DNA from: Promethearchaeia archaeon
Lineage (GTDB): Archaea > Asgardarchaeota > Lokiarchaeia > Sigyniarchaeales > SOKP01
Direction: 5' to 3'
Assembly: GCA_046497275.1 (NCBI GenBank)
Contig: JAWOFX010000145.1
Location: 1 to 19,434, forward strand
DNA: 19,434 nt
The notes below the pieces were generated by a model. It saw only the letters and a program-made list of their open reading frames with translations, ran no database searches and had not been told where the DNA came from. The translations under genes and the position numbers were made by a program. The first letter of the stretch is position 1. Each line of letters begins with the position of its first letter. This document shows positions 8,639 through 17,012 of the stretch, piece after piece.

Positions 8639-9793
8639 ATGAATTTTTCGCTCACTAAGAGACAAAAAATGATTCGAAAGATAACGAGAGAATTTTCAGA
8701 GGAATATATTTCTCCAGTAGTAGAGGAAAGCGATCAAAACTCCCAATTAGACCCTAAAGTATTCGAAATGATGAAGAAAATGAAATATTTCGGTACTTGT
8801 ATTCCAAAGGAGTACGGTGGAGCAGGTCTACAAGACGACACAATTAGTTTTTGTATTGCTACAGAAGAGATCGGACGTATAGATGCCTCATGGAGCATTA
8901 CGACTGGAGTTCATTGTTCAGTTTGTGCATACCCCATTTATATTTTTGGAACGGATGATCAGAAAGATCGTTTTTTAATAGATCTTGCAACGGGGGAAAA
9001 ATTAGGAGCATTTGCATTAACAGAAGCAAACGCTGGCTCTGATGCTGGAGGAGTACAACTGACGGCTGTCAAGGATGGAGATGAATATATTCTTAATGGA
9101 AGTAAAATTTTTGCTACGAATGGAGGTATTGCTGAAACTCTATTAGTTGTGACGACTACAGGACAAAAAGGAAGAAGAAAGGAATTGACAATATTTATAG
9201 TTGATACAGACACACCAGGATATTCTGTGGGGGTCAGAGAAGACAAATTGGGAGTCCGTGCTTCAAATACTTCTGAATTGGTATTTCAAGATGTAAGAGT
9301 GCCTGAGGAAAATATACTAGGAAAAGTTGGACAAGGTTTTAGATTGAGTATGCAAATTTTAGATTATGGGAGGATTTTAATGGCAGCTCAATGTGTTGGT
9401 CTTGGACAAGCTTGCCTTGAAGCATCAATAAAATATGCAAATGAACGGGTACAATTTGGTCAAAAAATCGGACGTTTTCAAGGAATTCAATGGAAAATAG
9501 CGGATATGGCCACCGCAGTAGAGTCATCACGCCTATTAACTTATAAGGCAGCATATAAATGTGATATTGGAGAGGATTATGGACATGCTGGAGCAATGGC
9601 TAAATTAGTAGCTTCTGAATCAGCAATGCAAGCTGCTCATGATGCTGTACAAATCCATGGTGGATATGGATTAATGAAAGCTTATGATGTAGAGAGATAT
9701 TTCAGAGATGCTAAAATGGCTGAAATATATGAAGGAACTTCTGAAATTCAGCGTTATGTAATTGCTAATCATTTATTAAGAAAAGGAGCATGA
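8639..9793 (+). CDS. Acyl-CoA dehydrogenase (short-chain/Bcd-like)
   Basis: GAFALTEANAGSDAG, NGSKIFATNG, KLGVRASNT, RVQFGQKIG, AVQIHGGYG, IYEGTSEIQR with the catalytic Glu in the SCAD/MCAD position. Confidence 0.95.
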   Translation: MNFSLTKRQKMIRKITREFSEEYISPVVEESDQNSQLDPKVFEMMKKMKYFGTCIPKEYGGAGLQDDTISFCIATEEIGRIDASWSITTGVHCSVCAYPIYIFGTDDQKDRFLIDLATGEKLGAFALTEANAGSDAGGVQLTAVKDGDEYILNGSKIFATNGGIAETLLVVTTTGQKGRRKELTIFIVDTDTPGYSVGVREDKLGVRASNTSELVFQDVRVPEENILGKVGQGFRLSMQILDYGRILMAAQCVGLGQACLEASIKYANERVQFGQKIGRFQGIQWKIADMATAVESSRLLTYKAAYKCDIGEDYGHAGAMAKLVASESAMQAAHDAVQIHGGYGLMKAYDVERYFRDAKMAEIYEGTSEIQRYVIANHLLRKGA

Positions 9794-9801
9794 GTTGATA
9801 A
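9791..9801 (+). promoter_or_regulatory. TGAGTTGATAA SD-like motif before etfB (overlaps the ACAD stop)
   Basis: TGAGTTGATAA-TAA-ATG; GAGTTGAT is one mismatch from the anti-SD complement GAGGTGAT. The identical 11-mer occurs before two other genes. Confidence 0.6.
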
Positions 9802-9804
9802 TAA

Positions 9805-10608
9805 ATGAAAATATTTGTATGCATTAAGCAAGTACCGGGTGTTTCTGAAGTAAAGATTGATCCAGAAACAAACACACTAGTAAGAGAAGGTATCCCAAGC
9901 ATCATCAACCCTATGGATAAAAATGGGATTGAATTGGCATTAGAATTAAAGGAGAAATATAAGGCTGAAACAATTGGCATCAGTATGGGACCTCCTCAAG
10001 CAGAAGAGGCTCTTCGAGAGGCATTAGCTATGGGTTTAGATGAAGCATATTTACTTACAGACAGAGCGTTTGCGGGCGCGGATACTTTGGCGACATCTCA
10101 TACTCTATCAATGGGTATCAAAAAATTGATAAAGAATTATGGGGAGAGAGATAATTATTTAGTGATTTGTGGAACTCAAGCCATTGATGGAGATACTGCA
10201 CAAGTAGGACCAGAATTGGCAGAAGAATTAGGTATACCTCAAATTACTTATGTACAAAAATTTGAGATTAAAAATGATAAAGTGATTGTTGAACGCGCAT
10301 TCCGAGGGGAAGAAGTTGTTGTAATTGAAACTAAATTACCTGTTCTTGTTTCTGTCCTTAGAGATCTCAACGAACCAAGATATCCCAATTTAGATGGAAT
10401 AGTTGATTCTTATGAAAAAGAAGTGAAATATTTAAATCATGAAGATATCGAAGCAATAAAGAAAAATATTGGTCTGGTAGGTTCTCAGACAGAAGTTTGG
10501 AGGATATTTGTTCCCAAAAGAAAAGGAGAACATATTATATTGGAAGGCTCAATAGAAGAGCGAGTAAGTGAATTATGTGAAAGATTAAGAGAGGATAAGC
10601 TAATCTAA
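9805..10608 (+). CDS. etfB: Electron transfer flavoprotein beta subunit
   Basis: MKIFVCIKQVP, INPMD, SMGPPQA, DRAFAGADTLATS, QAIDGDTAQVGP, EPRYP. Confidence 0.96.
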   Translation: MKIFVCIKQVPGVSEVKIDPETNTLVREGIPSIINPMDKNGIELALELKEKYKAETIGISMGPPQAEEALREALAMGLDEAYLLTDRAFAGADTLATSHTLSMGIKKLIKNYGERDNYLVICGTQAIDGDTAQVGPELAEELGIPQITYVQKFEIKNDKVIVERAFRGEEVVVIETKLPVLVSVLRDLNEPRYPNLDGIVDSYEKEVKYLNHEDIEAIKKNIGLVGSQTEVWRIFVPKRKGEHIILEGSIEERVSELCERLREDKLI

Positions 10609-10620
10609 GGAGGTTAAAAA

Positions 10621-11820
10621 ATGAGTATAATAATAGACAATGAATTGTGCACAGGCTGTGGAGCATGTGTTGATAATTGCCCATTTGGAGGAATGGAAAT
10701 AAAAGATAATGTAGCGTGCATAACTGGTGAATGTACATTATGTGGAGCTTGTGTTGATGTTTGTCCCGTTGAGGCGATCACAATTGAAAAGGAAGAGTTT
10801 AAAATCCCAAAAATGGATCTTTCTAAATTCAAAGGGATAATGGTAATTGGCGAACAATTTCGAAATGAAATTCAAAGTGTAGTTTATCAACTTTTGGGAA
10901 AAGGAAGGGATTTAGCAGATAAATTAGGAGTAGACGTATCGGTTGTGCTTTTGGGTTCTGATCTAGATGATAAACTAAAAGAGTTAGGAGAGTATGGGGC
11001 AGATGAAGTTATTTATGTTAAATCTCCCATTTTAAAAGATTATTATTCTGATTTATATGTTAATACTTTAACTGAAATAATCCAAGAGCGAAAGCCAGAA
11101 ATTGTTCTAATAGGAGCAACTCCAACCGGTAGGGATTTTGCTCCTCGCCTCTCAAAACGATTATATGCAGGATGTACAGCTGACTGCACGGGATTAGATA
11201 TTGAAGAAGATACGGGAAATTTGTTACAAACTAGACCGACGTTTGGAGGGAATATTATGGCAACGATTAGAACCCCAACGAGTAGACCTCAAATGAGCAC
11301 CGTTCGACCAGGTATTTTTGAACCTATTGAAAAAATAGATAAAAAACCTAAAATAACAATTATCGAAAAAAAATTTGATGAAGAGGACTCCGTTACTAAA
11401 ATCCTTAAAATTATTGATAAAGAAAAGATTGCTGTTAATCTTGAAGAGGCAGAAGTAATCGTTTCTGGAGGAAGGGGAGTCGGAAATAAAGAAAATTTCA
11501 AAATAATTAAAGAATTAGCAGAAGCATTAGGAGGAGAAGTTGGAGGATCCAGAGTTACTGTTGAATTAGAATGGATTGAGCAAGACAGACAAGTTGGTCA
11601 AACGGGAAAAACAGTGTCGCCTAAACTATATATCGCATGTGGTATCTCTGGAGCCATCCAGCATTTAGTCGGAATGGAAACATCAGATATTATCGTGGCA
11701 ATTAATAAGGATCCTAATGCTCCAATTTTCGATGTGGCTCATTATGGAATTATTGATGATTTACATAAAGTGGTACCCGCTCTCACAGAAGAAATAAAAA
11801 AAAGAAAATCAAAAAATTAA
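10621..11820 (+). CDS. etfA: Electron transfer flavoprotein alpha subunit with N-terminal 2x[4Fe-4S] ferredoxin domain
   Basis: CTGCGACVDNCP and CTLCGACVDVCP, then TADCT, QTRPTFGGN, IVSGGRG, QVGQTGKTV, GISGAIQH, AINKDPNAPIF; SD AGGAGGT upstream. Confidence 0.96.
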   Translation: MSIIIDNELCTGCGACVDNCPFGGMEIKDNVACITGECTLCGACVDVCPVEAITIEKEEFKIPKMDLSKFKGIMVIGEQFRNEIQSVVYQLLGKGRDLADKLGVDVSVVLLGSDLDDKLKELGEYGADEVIYVKSPILKDYYSDLYVNTLTEIIQERKPEIVLIGATPTGRDFAPRLSKRLYAGCTADCTGLDIEEDTGNLLQTRPTFGGNIMATIRTPTSRPQMSTVRPGIFEPIEKIDKKPKITIIEKKFDEEDSVTKILKIIDKEKIAVNLEEAEVIVSGGRGVGNKENFKIIKELAEALGGEVGGSRVTVELEWIEQDRQVGQTGKTVSPKLYIACGISGAIQHLVGMETSDIIVAINKDPNAPIFDVAHYGIIDDLHKVVPALTEEIKKRKSKN

Positions 11821-11961
11821 ATTGACTTTTACTTAAAATCTTTTTATTGCTTTTCCACAATTAATATTTTCTTATATAAATCAACTTAGACATATAAATT
11901 GATTTTTAGTATATTTTAAAACCTAAAAAAAAGTAATAAGAAAAAAGAAATTTTCCAAAGG

Positions 11962-12753
11962 CTAAACTTTATCTAACCTACCACCATTTATGCCAATTAT
12001 CTCGCCGTTCATAAACCAAGCATCTTCGCTGCATAAGAAAAGGATTACACGCGAAACATATTCTGGCTCTCCAATTCCCATTGGAATTCTTCCTGAATAA
12101 TATTTCCTCCATTTTCCATCTTGTTTTGATAACAATTCTCCGAGAATTGGTGTTTCAATTAATGTTGGCATAATAGCATGCGTCTTCACATTATAGCGTA
12201 TTAATTCTAATCCCGCCGTTTTTATCATACCTAACATTCCAGCTTTCGCTGCCGAATAATTTAATTGCCCAATGTTTCCTTCAGCTGCTTGACTCGATAT
12301 TGTAATAATTCTTCGGTCAGGATAGTCCGCAATCTCTTCTTTGGGGTTTTCCTTACATATATCAATCCATCTTTTTACACATGCTTGCATAGATAAAAAA
12401 AATCCCTTAAGGTGAGTATCTATTACCGCATTCCATCTCTGTTCGGGTAGTTTATGTATCATACCATCCTGTAAAATACCAGCAGAATGAATGAGAAAGT
12501 CATTAGGACCATATGTATCAAAAGTGTTTTGTATTGCTTGATCAACAGCCTCTATATCTCTCACATCTCCTTCAATAAACGTCACTTCTCCGCCAAGCTC
12601 TTTTATCTCATTTTCAACTTTTTTTCCATTCTCAGCATCAAAATCGTATAAAACTACTTTTGCTCCTTCTTTAGCAAAATCCTTAGCTGTCTGTCTTCCT
12701 AGTCCAGAAGCCCCTCCGGTGATAAAAGCCACTTTACCATTAAATCTTTCCAT
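11962..12753 (-). CDS. Short-chain dehydrogenase/reductase, FabG/(3R)-hydroxyacyl-CoA dehydrogenase-like, probably NAD-dependent
   Basis: TGGASGLG, acidic residue after beta2 (LYDFD), ISS, GQLNYSAAK (YxxxK). Confidence 0.9.
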   Translation of the reverse strand: MERFNGKVAFITGGASGLGRQTAKDFAKEGAKVVLYDFDAENGKKVENEIKELGGEVTFIEGDVRDIEAVDQAIQNTFDTYGPNDFLIHSAGILQDGMIHKLPEQRWNAVIDTHLKGFFLSMQACVKRWIDICKENPKEEIADYPDRRIITISSQAAEGNIGQLNYSAAKAGMLGMIKTAGLELIRYNVKTHAIMPTLIETPILGELLSKQDGKWRKYYSGRIPMGIGEPEYVSRVILFLCSEDAWFMNGEIIGINGGRLDKV

Positions 12754-13678
12754 ATTTTTCGACCTTAAATTACATCAATTTTTTATTATTTTATTATTAT
12801 TTTTTTTAACATAAAAATCTTTTAAAATCAGAATCTACGCAAACCGGGGAATTTAAGAATGAATTTATAAGAGATTAAATCAAATTAGTTGGGTACTTGA
12901 TTCTGATTCAATTTTATGATATTAAAGTTCAAAAAAGAAAAGAAAGTAATGGAATGCTTGAAATATAGTTATTAGCACGTTAAAATTTATTAGTGGAGGA
13001 ATAAATTAATTATGGCTAAAAACAAACATTCCATTACTATGTCGAAAAAAATTTTTCTAATTCATAATATGTATTTTTAGATTAATAAATCTTTCGTCAA
13101 TTTTATGAACGCTGTGTTTAAGTATCTCTTTAAATAGTTTGCTATGATATAATTTTGTAAGCATTTTTATTAGATTTCTTTTATACTTCCTTAAGATAAT
13201 AATATAGAAAGAAAGAGCTCATAGATTTACTTAAAAATAAAAAAAGATCTTTAAGTAAATTTGATAGAATGTATTTTTTTTATAGATTATCAACCAAATT
13301 TCCCAATAAATTCTGATTTATTAAGTTTGGAAGAAAAGAAAAATAGATTTTATTAAGATTTTAATAAGAAAGAAATCAGAAGAGGTGGTCCTAAACACCC
13401 ACAGGTCTTTATTATAAGGATATCAACTATATTAAATATGATATTCGGGTTCAATTTTATAATTTACCTTAATCTTTAAGATTTTAGGATTTTTTGTATA
13501 AATCAATTATATACTAGTACATAAAGAAGGCTGAATATTAACAGTTTTATCGATATAATCACAAAAAAAAATTTCCTTTTCAATTTTCAATAGAATTATG
13601 AGGAATAATTAAAATAGAATTAAATATAAAGAATAAGTTTTATAGATTAAAAAGCTAAAAATTTAAAGTGAAGGTTAA

Positions 13679-14197
13679 ATGAGTGAAAATGAAAAAAAAG
13701 TAGAATACATCCCCTTTGTTGGTGCGGTTGATGATTATGTAGGGCGATCAGCGTGGGATTTTTATAGTTGGGGGCACGTTGACATGGGTATCGCAGCATT
13801 CATATTCTTCTCCCTTTTTATCACCATTCCTGAATATTATTTAGGACAGGGTACTGGATTTTTTCCATGGTGGTGCGCATTTTTGCTAACTATCGCTGTT
13901 GGTATTTTGTGGGAGATTCTTGAAAATACCTTAATATATTATTGGGGATGGCGTCCTGGAGGATTAGATAGCGTAGTTAACGCGGTTTGGGATATCATAT
14001 TTGTCACTTTAGGTGGCGGTGTGATGTGGTTATTAAAATGGATAATTATAAATTTTTTTGGATATCCAGGAAGATGGTTTTATATTGCTGCATTTAATTC
14101 CTTTCTGATCATATTGATATGTTATCTTATTGGTTTTTATATCACTAATGAGAATACTAAAAAAGCTAGACAGAAGAGAGGCAAATCGATAAGTTAA
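13679..14197 (+). CDS. Integral membrane protein, DUF2585-like
   Basis: About 4 hydrophobic segments; polar motifs DFYSWGHVDMG, WEILENT, DSVVNAVWD resemble the DUF2585 pattern as I recall it. The CDS is solid; the family call is tentative. Confidence 0.7.
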   Translation: MSENEKKVEYIPFVGAVDDYVGRSAWDFYSWGHVDMGIAAFIFFSLFITIPEYYLGQGTGFFPWWCAFLLTIAVGILWEILENTLIYYWGWRPGGLDSVVNAVWDIIFVTLGGGVMWLLKWIIINFFGYPGRWFYIAAFNSFLIILICYLIGFYITNENTKKARQKRGKSIS

Positions 14198-14432
14198 TTA
14201 TATTTTAATTTTTTTCTTTTTTTCAAATTTGATTCTTAAATTCTTTTATAGGACAAATAAAAAAATCTTCCTAAATTTAATTATAAAATCAACTCTCAAT
14301 AGTTTAATGGTCAAAATTAAACATATAAATTCAAATATATAATCTTAAAAAAAAATTAATTAAATTGTTAAATAAATAATCAAAATTAGGATTTAACTTC
14401 TCTTTATAATAAAATAGAGTGTTTAATGAAAG

Positions 14433-14849
14433 CTATAATTCATCGCCTTCTATCAAATCAAAATTTTCTGCCTTAAGAATTTCTAGAGCTTTCTCCGAAT
14501 CATCAACCTTTACGATTATAAGACTATTATGCTGAGGTGTAGTCGTTAAATAAAGATAATCGATATTTATCTTATTGTTGCCTAAAATATTCGCAACATT
14601 AAATAAGGTTGAAGGTTCATTTCCAAATTTAATAGCTACAACTTCAGTCGAGGAGAATTCATATCCATTCTCCTCTAAATGGTTTATACACTTCTGAGGT
14701 TTATCTACTAAAAGTAGAATCAATCCATAATCTGCAGTTTCTACTACTGATATTGCTCTAACATTAATTCCATTTTCATTTAATTCTTTTAATAAATCCG
14801 CCAACTCTCCAGGTTTATTTGGTAAAAATACACTTAATTCTGTTATCAA
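14433..14849 (-). CDS. Tandem-ACT domain protein (Bt0572-like), paralog 1
   Basis: SVFLPNKPGELA, NVRAISVVETADYG, NIDYLY; TTG start. Confidence 0.9.
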   Translation of the reverse strand: MITELSVFLPNKPGELADLLKELNENGINVRAISVVETADYGLILLLVDKPQKCINHLEENGYEFSSTEVVAIKFGNEPSTLFNVANILGNNKINIDYLYLTTTPQHNSLIIVKVDDSEKALEILKAENFDLIEGDEL

Positions 14850-14991
14850 TTCATAACACTCTCTTTTTCATATTTAATTTGAATTAATTTATTTCTTTTT
14901 GATATTTTAAAAAAGTTATTTATATTAAAAATAATCAAACGTTACTTTTCAAGATAACTCTATTCAAAATAAGATATTTTTAATTTAGTAT

Positions 14992-15411
14992 TCAGAATTT
15001 TTCTCGTTCTTCTAAGAGAAATCCATTATTCTTTAACACATCTATAGCTTTTTCGTTATCATCCACTCTTAGGATTAGCAGAGATTCATCTTTGACCAAA
15101 GTTGAATACATATATTCAATATTTATACCACCCTCTCCCAGAATTTTAGAGATTTTTAAGACACCCTTAGTATGTCCTTCTTCTGATAAAACTTTTACTG
15201 CTATAACTTCTGTAACAGAATAAATATGATCTTTTTCTTCTAATAATTCAATACATTTATTAGGTTTATCAACTAATAATAAGAGTAAGCCATACTCCTC
15301 ATTTTCGGCAACAGTAATCGCTCGAATTTCAATATCATTCTCAACTAATAAAGTTGCAAATCGAGCTAATTGCCCAGGAACATTCTTTAAATATACTGAA
15401 ATATTTTTCAT
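14992..15411 (-). CDS. Tandem-ACT domain protein (Bt0572-like), paralog 2
   Basis: SVYLKNVPGQLA, IRAITVAENEEYG, INIEYMYS; GGAG upstream. Confidence 0.9.
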   Translation of the reverse strand: MKNISVYLKNVPGQLARFATLLVENDIEIRAITVAENEEYGLLLLLVDKPNKCIELLEEKDHIYSVTEVIAVKVLSEEGHTKGVLKISKILGEGGINIEYMYSTLVKDESLLILRVDDNEKAIDVLKNNGFLLEEREKF

Positions 15412-15629
15412 TCGTGTTGTAGACTCCTTCTAATAATATTTTGATATAAAATCTAAGTTATAAAAATTGAAGAGCTCTTTAAAACTATTGCATTATTTTA
15501 TTTTATTTAATAGTGAATTTTTTCTAGCTTTTTAATAGCTTTGCATTTCGAATTGATTATATTTTAAATAATACCATTTCTATCAGTTAGAAAGATTTTT
15601 TTCATGAGTTTAGATAAAATTAAAATCAA

Positions 15630-16043
15630 TTAAAAATCTTGGTTTTTAACTAATTTAACTCCGTTATCTTCCAAAATTCTCACCGCTTTTTCAATATCAT
15701 CTACTTTTAACACAATTATCGCTTCTTGTCTAATTAAAGTGCTGTATATATATTCTATATTAATATCATTATCTCCTAATATTTCTGCGATTTCATGCAA
15801 TGATCCGGGCTTGTCAGGAATTTGAATTGCTATGACATCGGCGATTGAAACTAAATAATTATTTTTTCTAAGAACTTTTACACATTCCTCAGTTTTATCA
15901 ACTAAAGTTCTTAATATGCCAAAGTCAGCTGTTTCAGCAACAGTTAAAGCTCTCAAATTAACATTGTTATCTTGAATAATTTTTGTAAATTTACTCAATA
16001 CACCTGGAGTATTTTCCAGAAAAACACTGATTTGTTTTAACAT
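15630..16043 (-). CDS. Tandem-ACT domain protein (Bt0572-like), paralog 3
   Basis: MLKQISVFLENTPG, NLRALTVAETADFGILR, IPDKPGSL, INIEYIYS; GGAG upstream. Confidence 0.92.
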   Translation of the reverse strand: MLKQISVFLENTPGVLSKFTKIIQDNNVNLRALTVAETADFGILRTLVDKTEECVKVLRKNNYLVSIADVIAIQIPDKPGSLHEIAEILGDNDINIEYIYSTLIRQEAIIVLKVDDIEKAVRILEDNGVKLVKNQDF

Positions 16044-16160
16044 TTTTAAAAAACTCCATATCTGTGATTTTTTTAACCATTTTTATTTAATATAATTTTA
16101 TTTAGTAAGAAGTATAAAAAAAATATATTTTTATTTTGATTATTCTATTTGAGAGGATAT

Positions 16161-16964
16161 ATGAATTCAAAGGTTTTTTATGATGATCATTTTAATTTCT
16201 CTCTTAGAACACTTTTAGAATATTTCATTTCCCCAGGGATTAAAATAAAATATGATATTTTAAAAAAAAATATAGAACAAATAAAATCATATTCTAACGC
16301 ATTAGATTTAGGATGTTCAGGTAATTCATTTTTATTTTTTTTAGATCATCAAAAACATAATAGTTTGCTTGATATTGCAGAAAAACCATTAAAATATTAT
16401 CTTAGGGACTACAAATTTGATTATTATAATTTTCTCCAAAAAAGACAAAAGGAAGATTTAAATCCTATTAACGCAAATATATGTGATTTACCGTATAGAT
16501 CTAAAACCTTTGATTTAATCTTTGCATTAGATGTGCTTGAACATTTGAGGGATGATGAAAAAGCAATTAAAGAAATAAGTAGAATTTTGAAGAAAGAGGG
16601 AACCTTAATCTTATCAATCCCTCAAGGCATAAATTTTTATAGTGCTCAAGATAGGTTAATAGGTCATTATCGAAGATATGAATTAAAAAGTCTTGTGAAA
16701 ATTTTAAATCAAAATGCTCTAAAAATTAAAAAGGTCTTCGGAATTTACGGCAAATTATTTAAATTAACAGAAATACAATCATTCAATCCTAATAAAATAG
16801 AGGATTCCATAATTCACTTGAGAAATTCTTATAATAATAAAATGTGGTTTAGAATTTTTTGGAATTTGATAGTTGCGATTTCTTCATTTTTTATGAAAAT
16901 TGATGTAAAATATAGAGATATAACTGACATGTATAATATAGGAATAATTTTATGCAAAGTTTAA
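16161..16964 (+). CDS. Class I SAM-dependent methyltransferase
   Basis: LDLGCSG, LPYRSKTFDLIFALDVLEH, RILKKEG, DRLIGHYRRY. ATG at 16161 follows GAGAGG and is preferred over TTG at 16149. Confidence 0.88.
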   Translation: MNSKVFYDDHFNFSLRTLLEYFISPGIKIKYDILKKNIEQIKSYSNALDLGCSGNSFLFFLDHQKHNSLLDIAEKPLKYYLRDYKFDYYNFLQKRQKEDLNPINANICDLPYRSKTFDLIFALDVLEHLRDDEKAIKEISRILKKEGTLILSIPQGINFYSAQDRLIGHYRRYELKSLVKILNQNALKIKKVFGIYGKLFKLTEIQSFNPNKIEDSIIHLRNSYNNKMWFRIFWNLIVAISSFFMKIDVKYRDITDMYNIGIILCKV

Positions 16965-17012
16965 GAAAAATAAAGATGGATCCGTCAATTTTGGCTTGAA
17001 ATAATTCTTAAT

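Noticed and set aside
9791-9810. Selenocysteine read-through at TGA stops (ACAD; also ACT paralog 2 at 14992)
   Set aside because: Both proteins are complete at the TGA, the frames close again within a few codons, and no SECIS-like hairpin was seen.
7714-11501. Minus-strand ORFs at 7714, 8959, 9339, 9765, 10535, 10614 and 11289
   Set aside because: Antisense shadows of the zinc-ribbon, ACAD and ETF genes; the Cys/His content of 10614-10832 just mirrors the ferredoxin codons.
12831-12853. GC-richer patch CTACGCAAACCGGGGAA loosely resembling an IS end
   Set aside because: No partner repeat, transposase or target duplication nearby.
13225-13260. 11-bp inverted repeat ATTTACTTAAA / TTTAAGTAAAT as a terminator or MITE end
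   Set aside because: Almost all A/T; a rough estimate gives about 0.5 such repeats by chance in the window; no flanking duplication. Mentioned only as part of the long gap.
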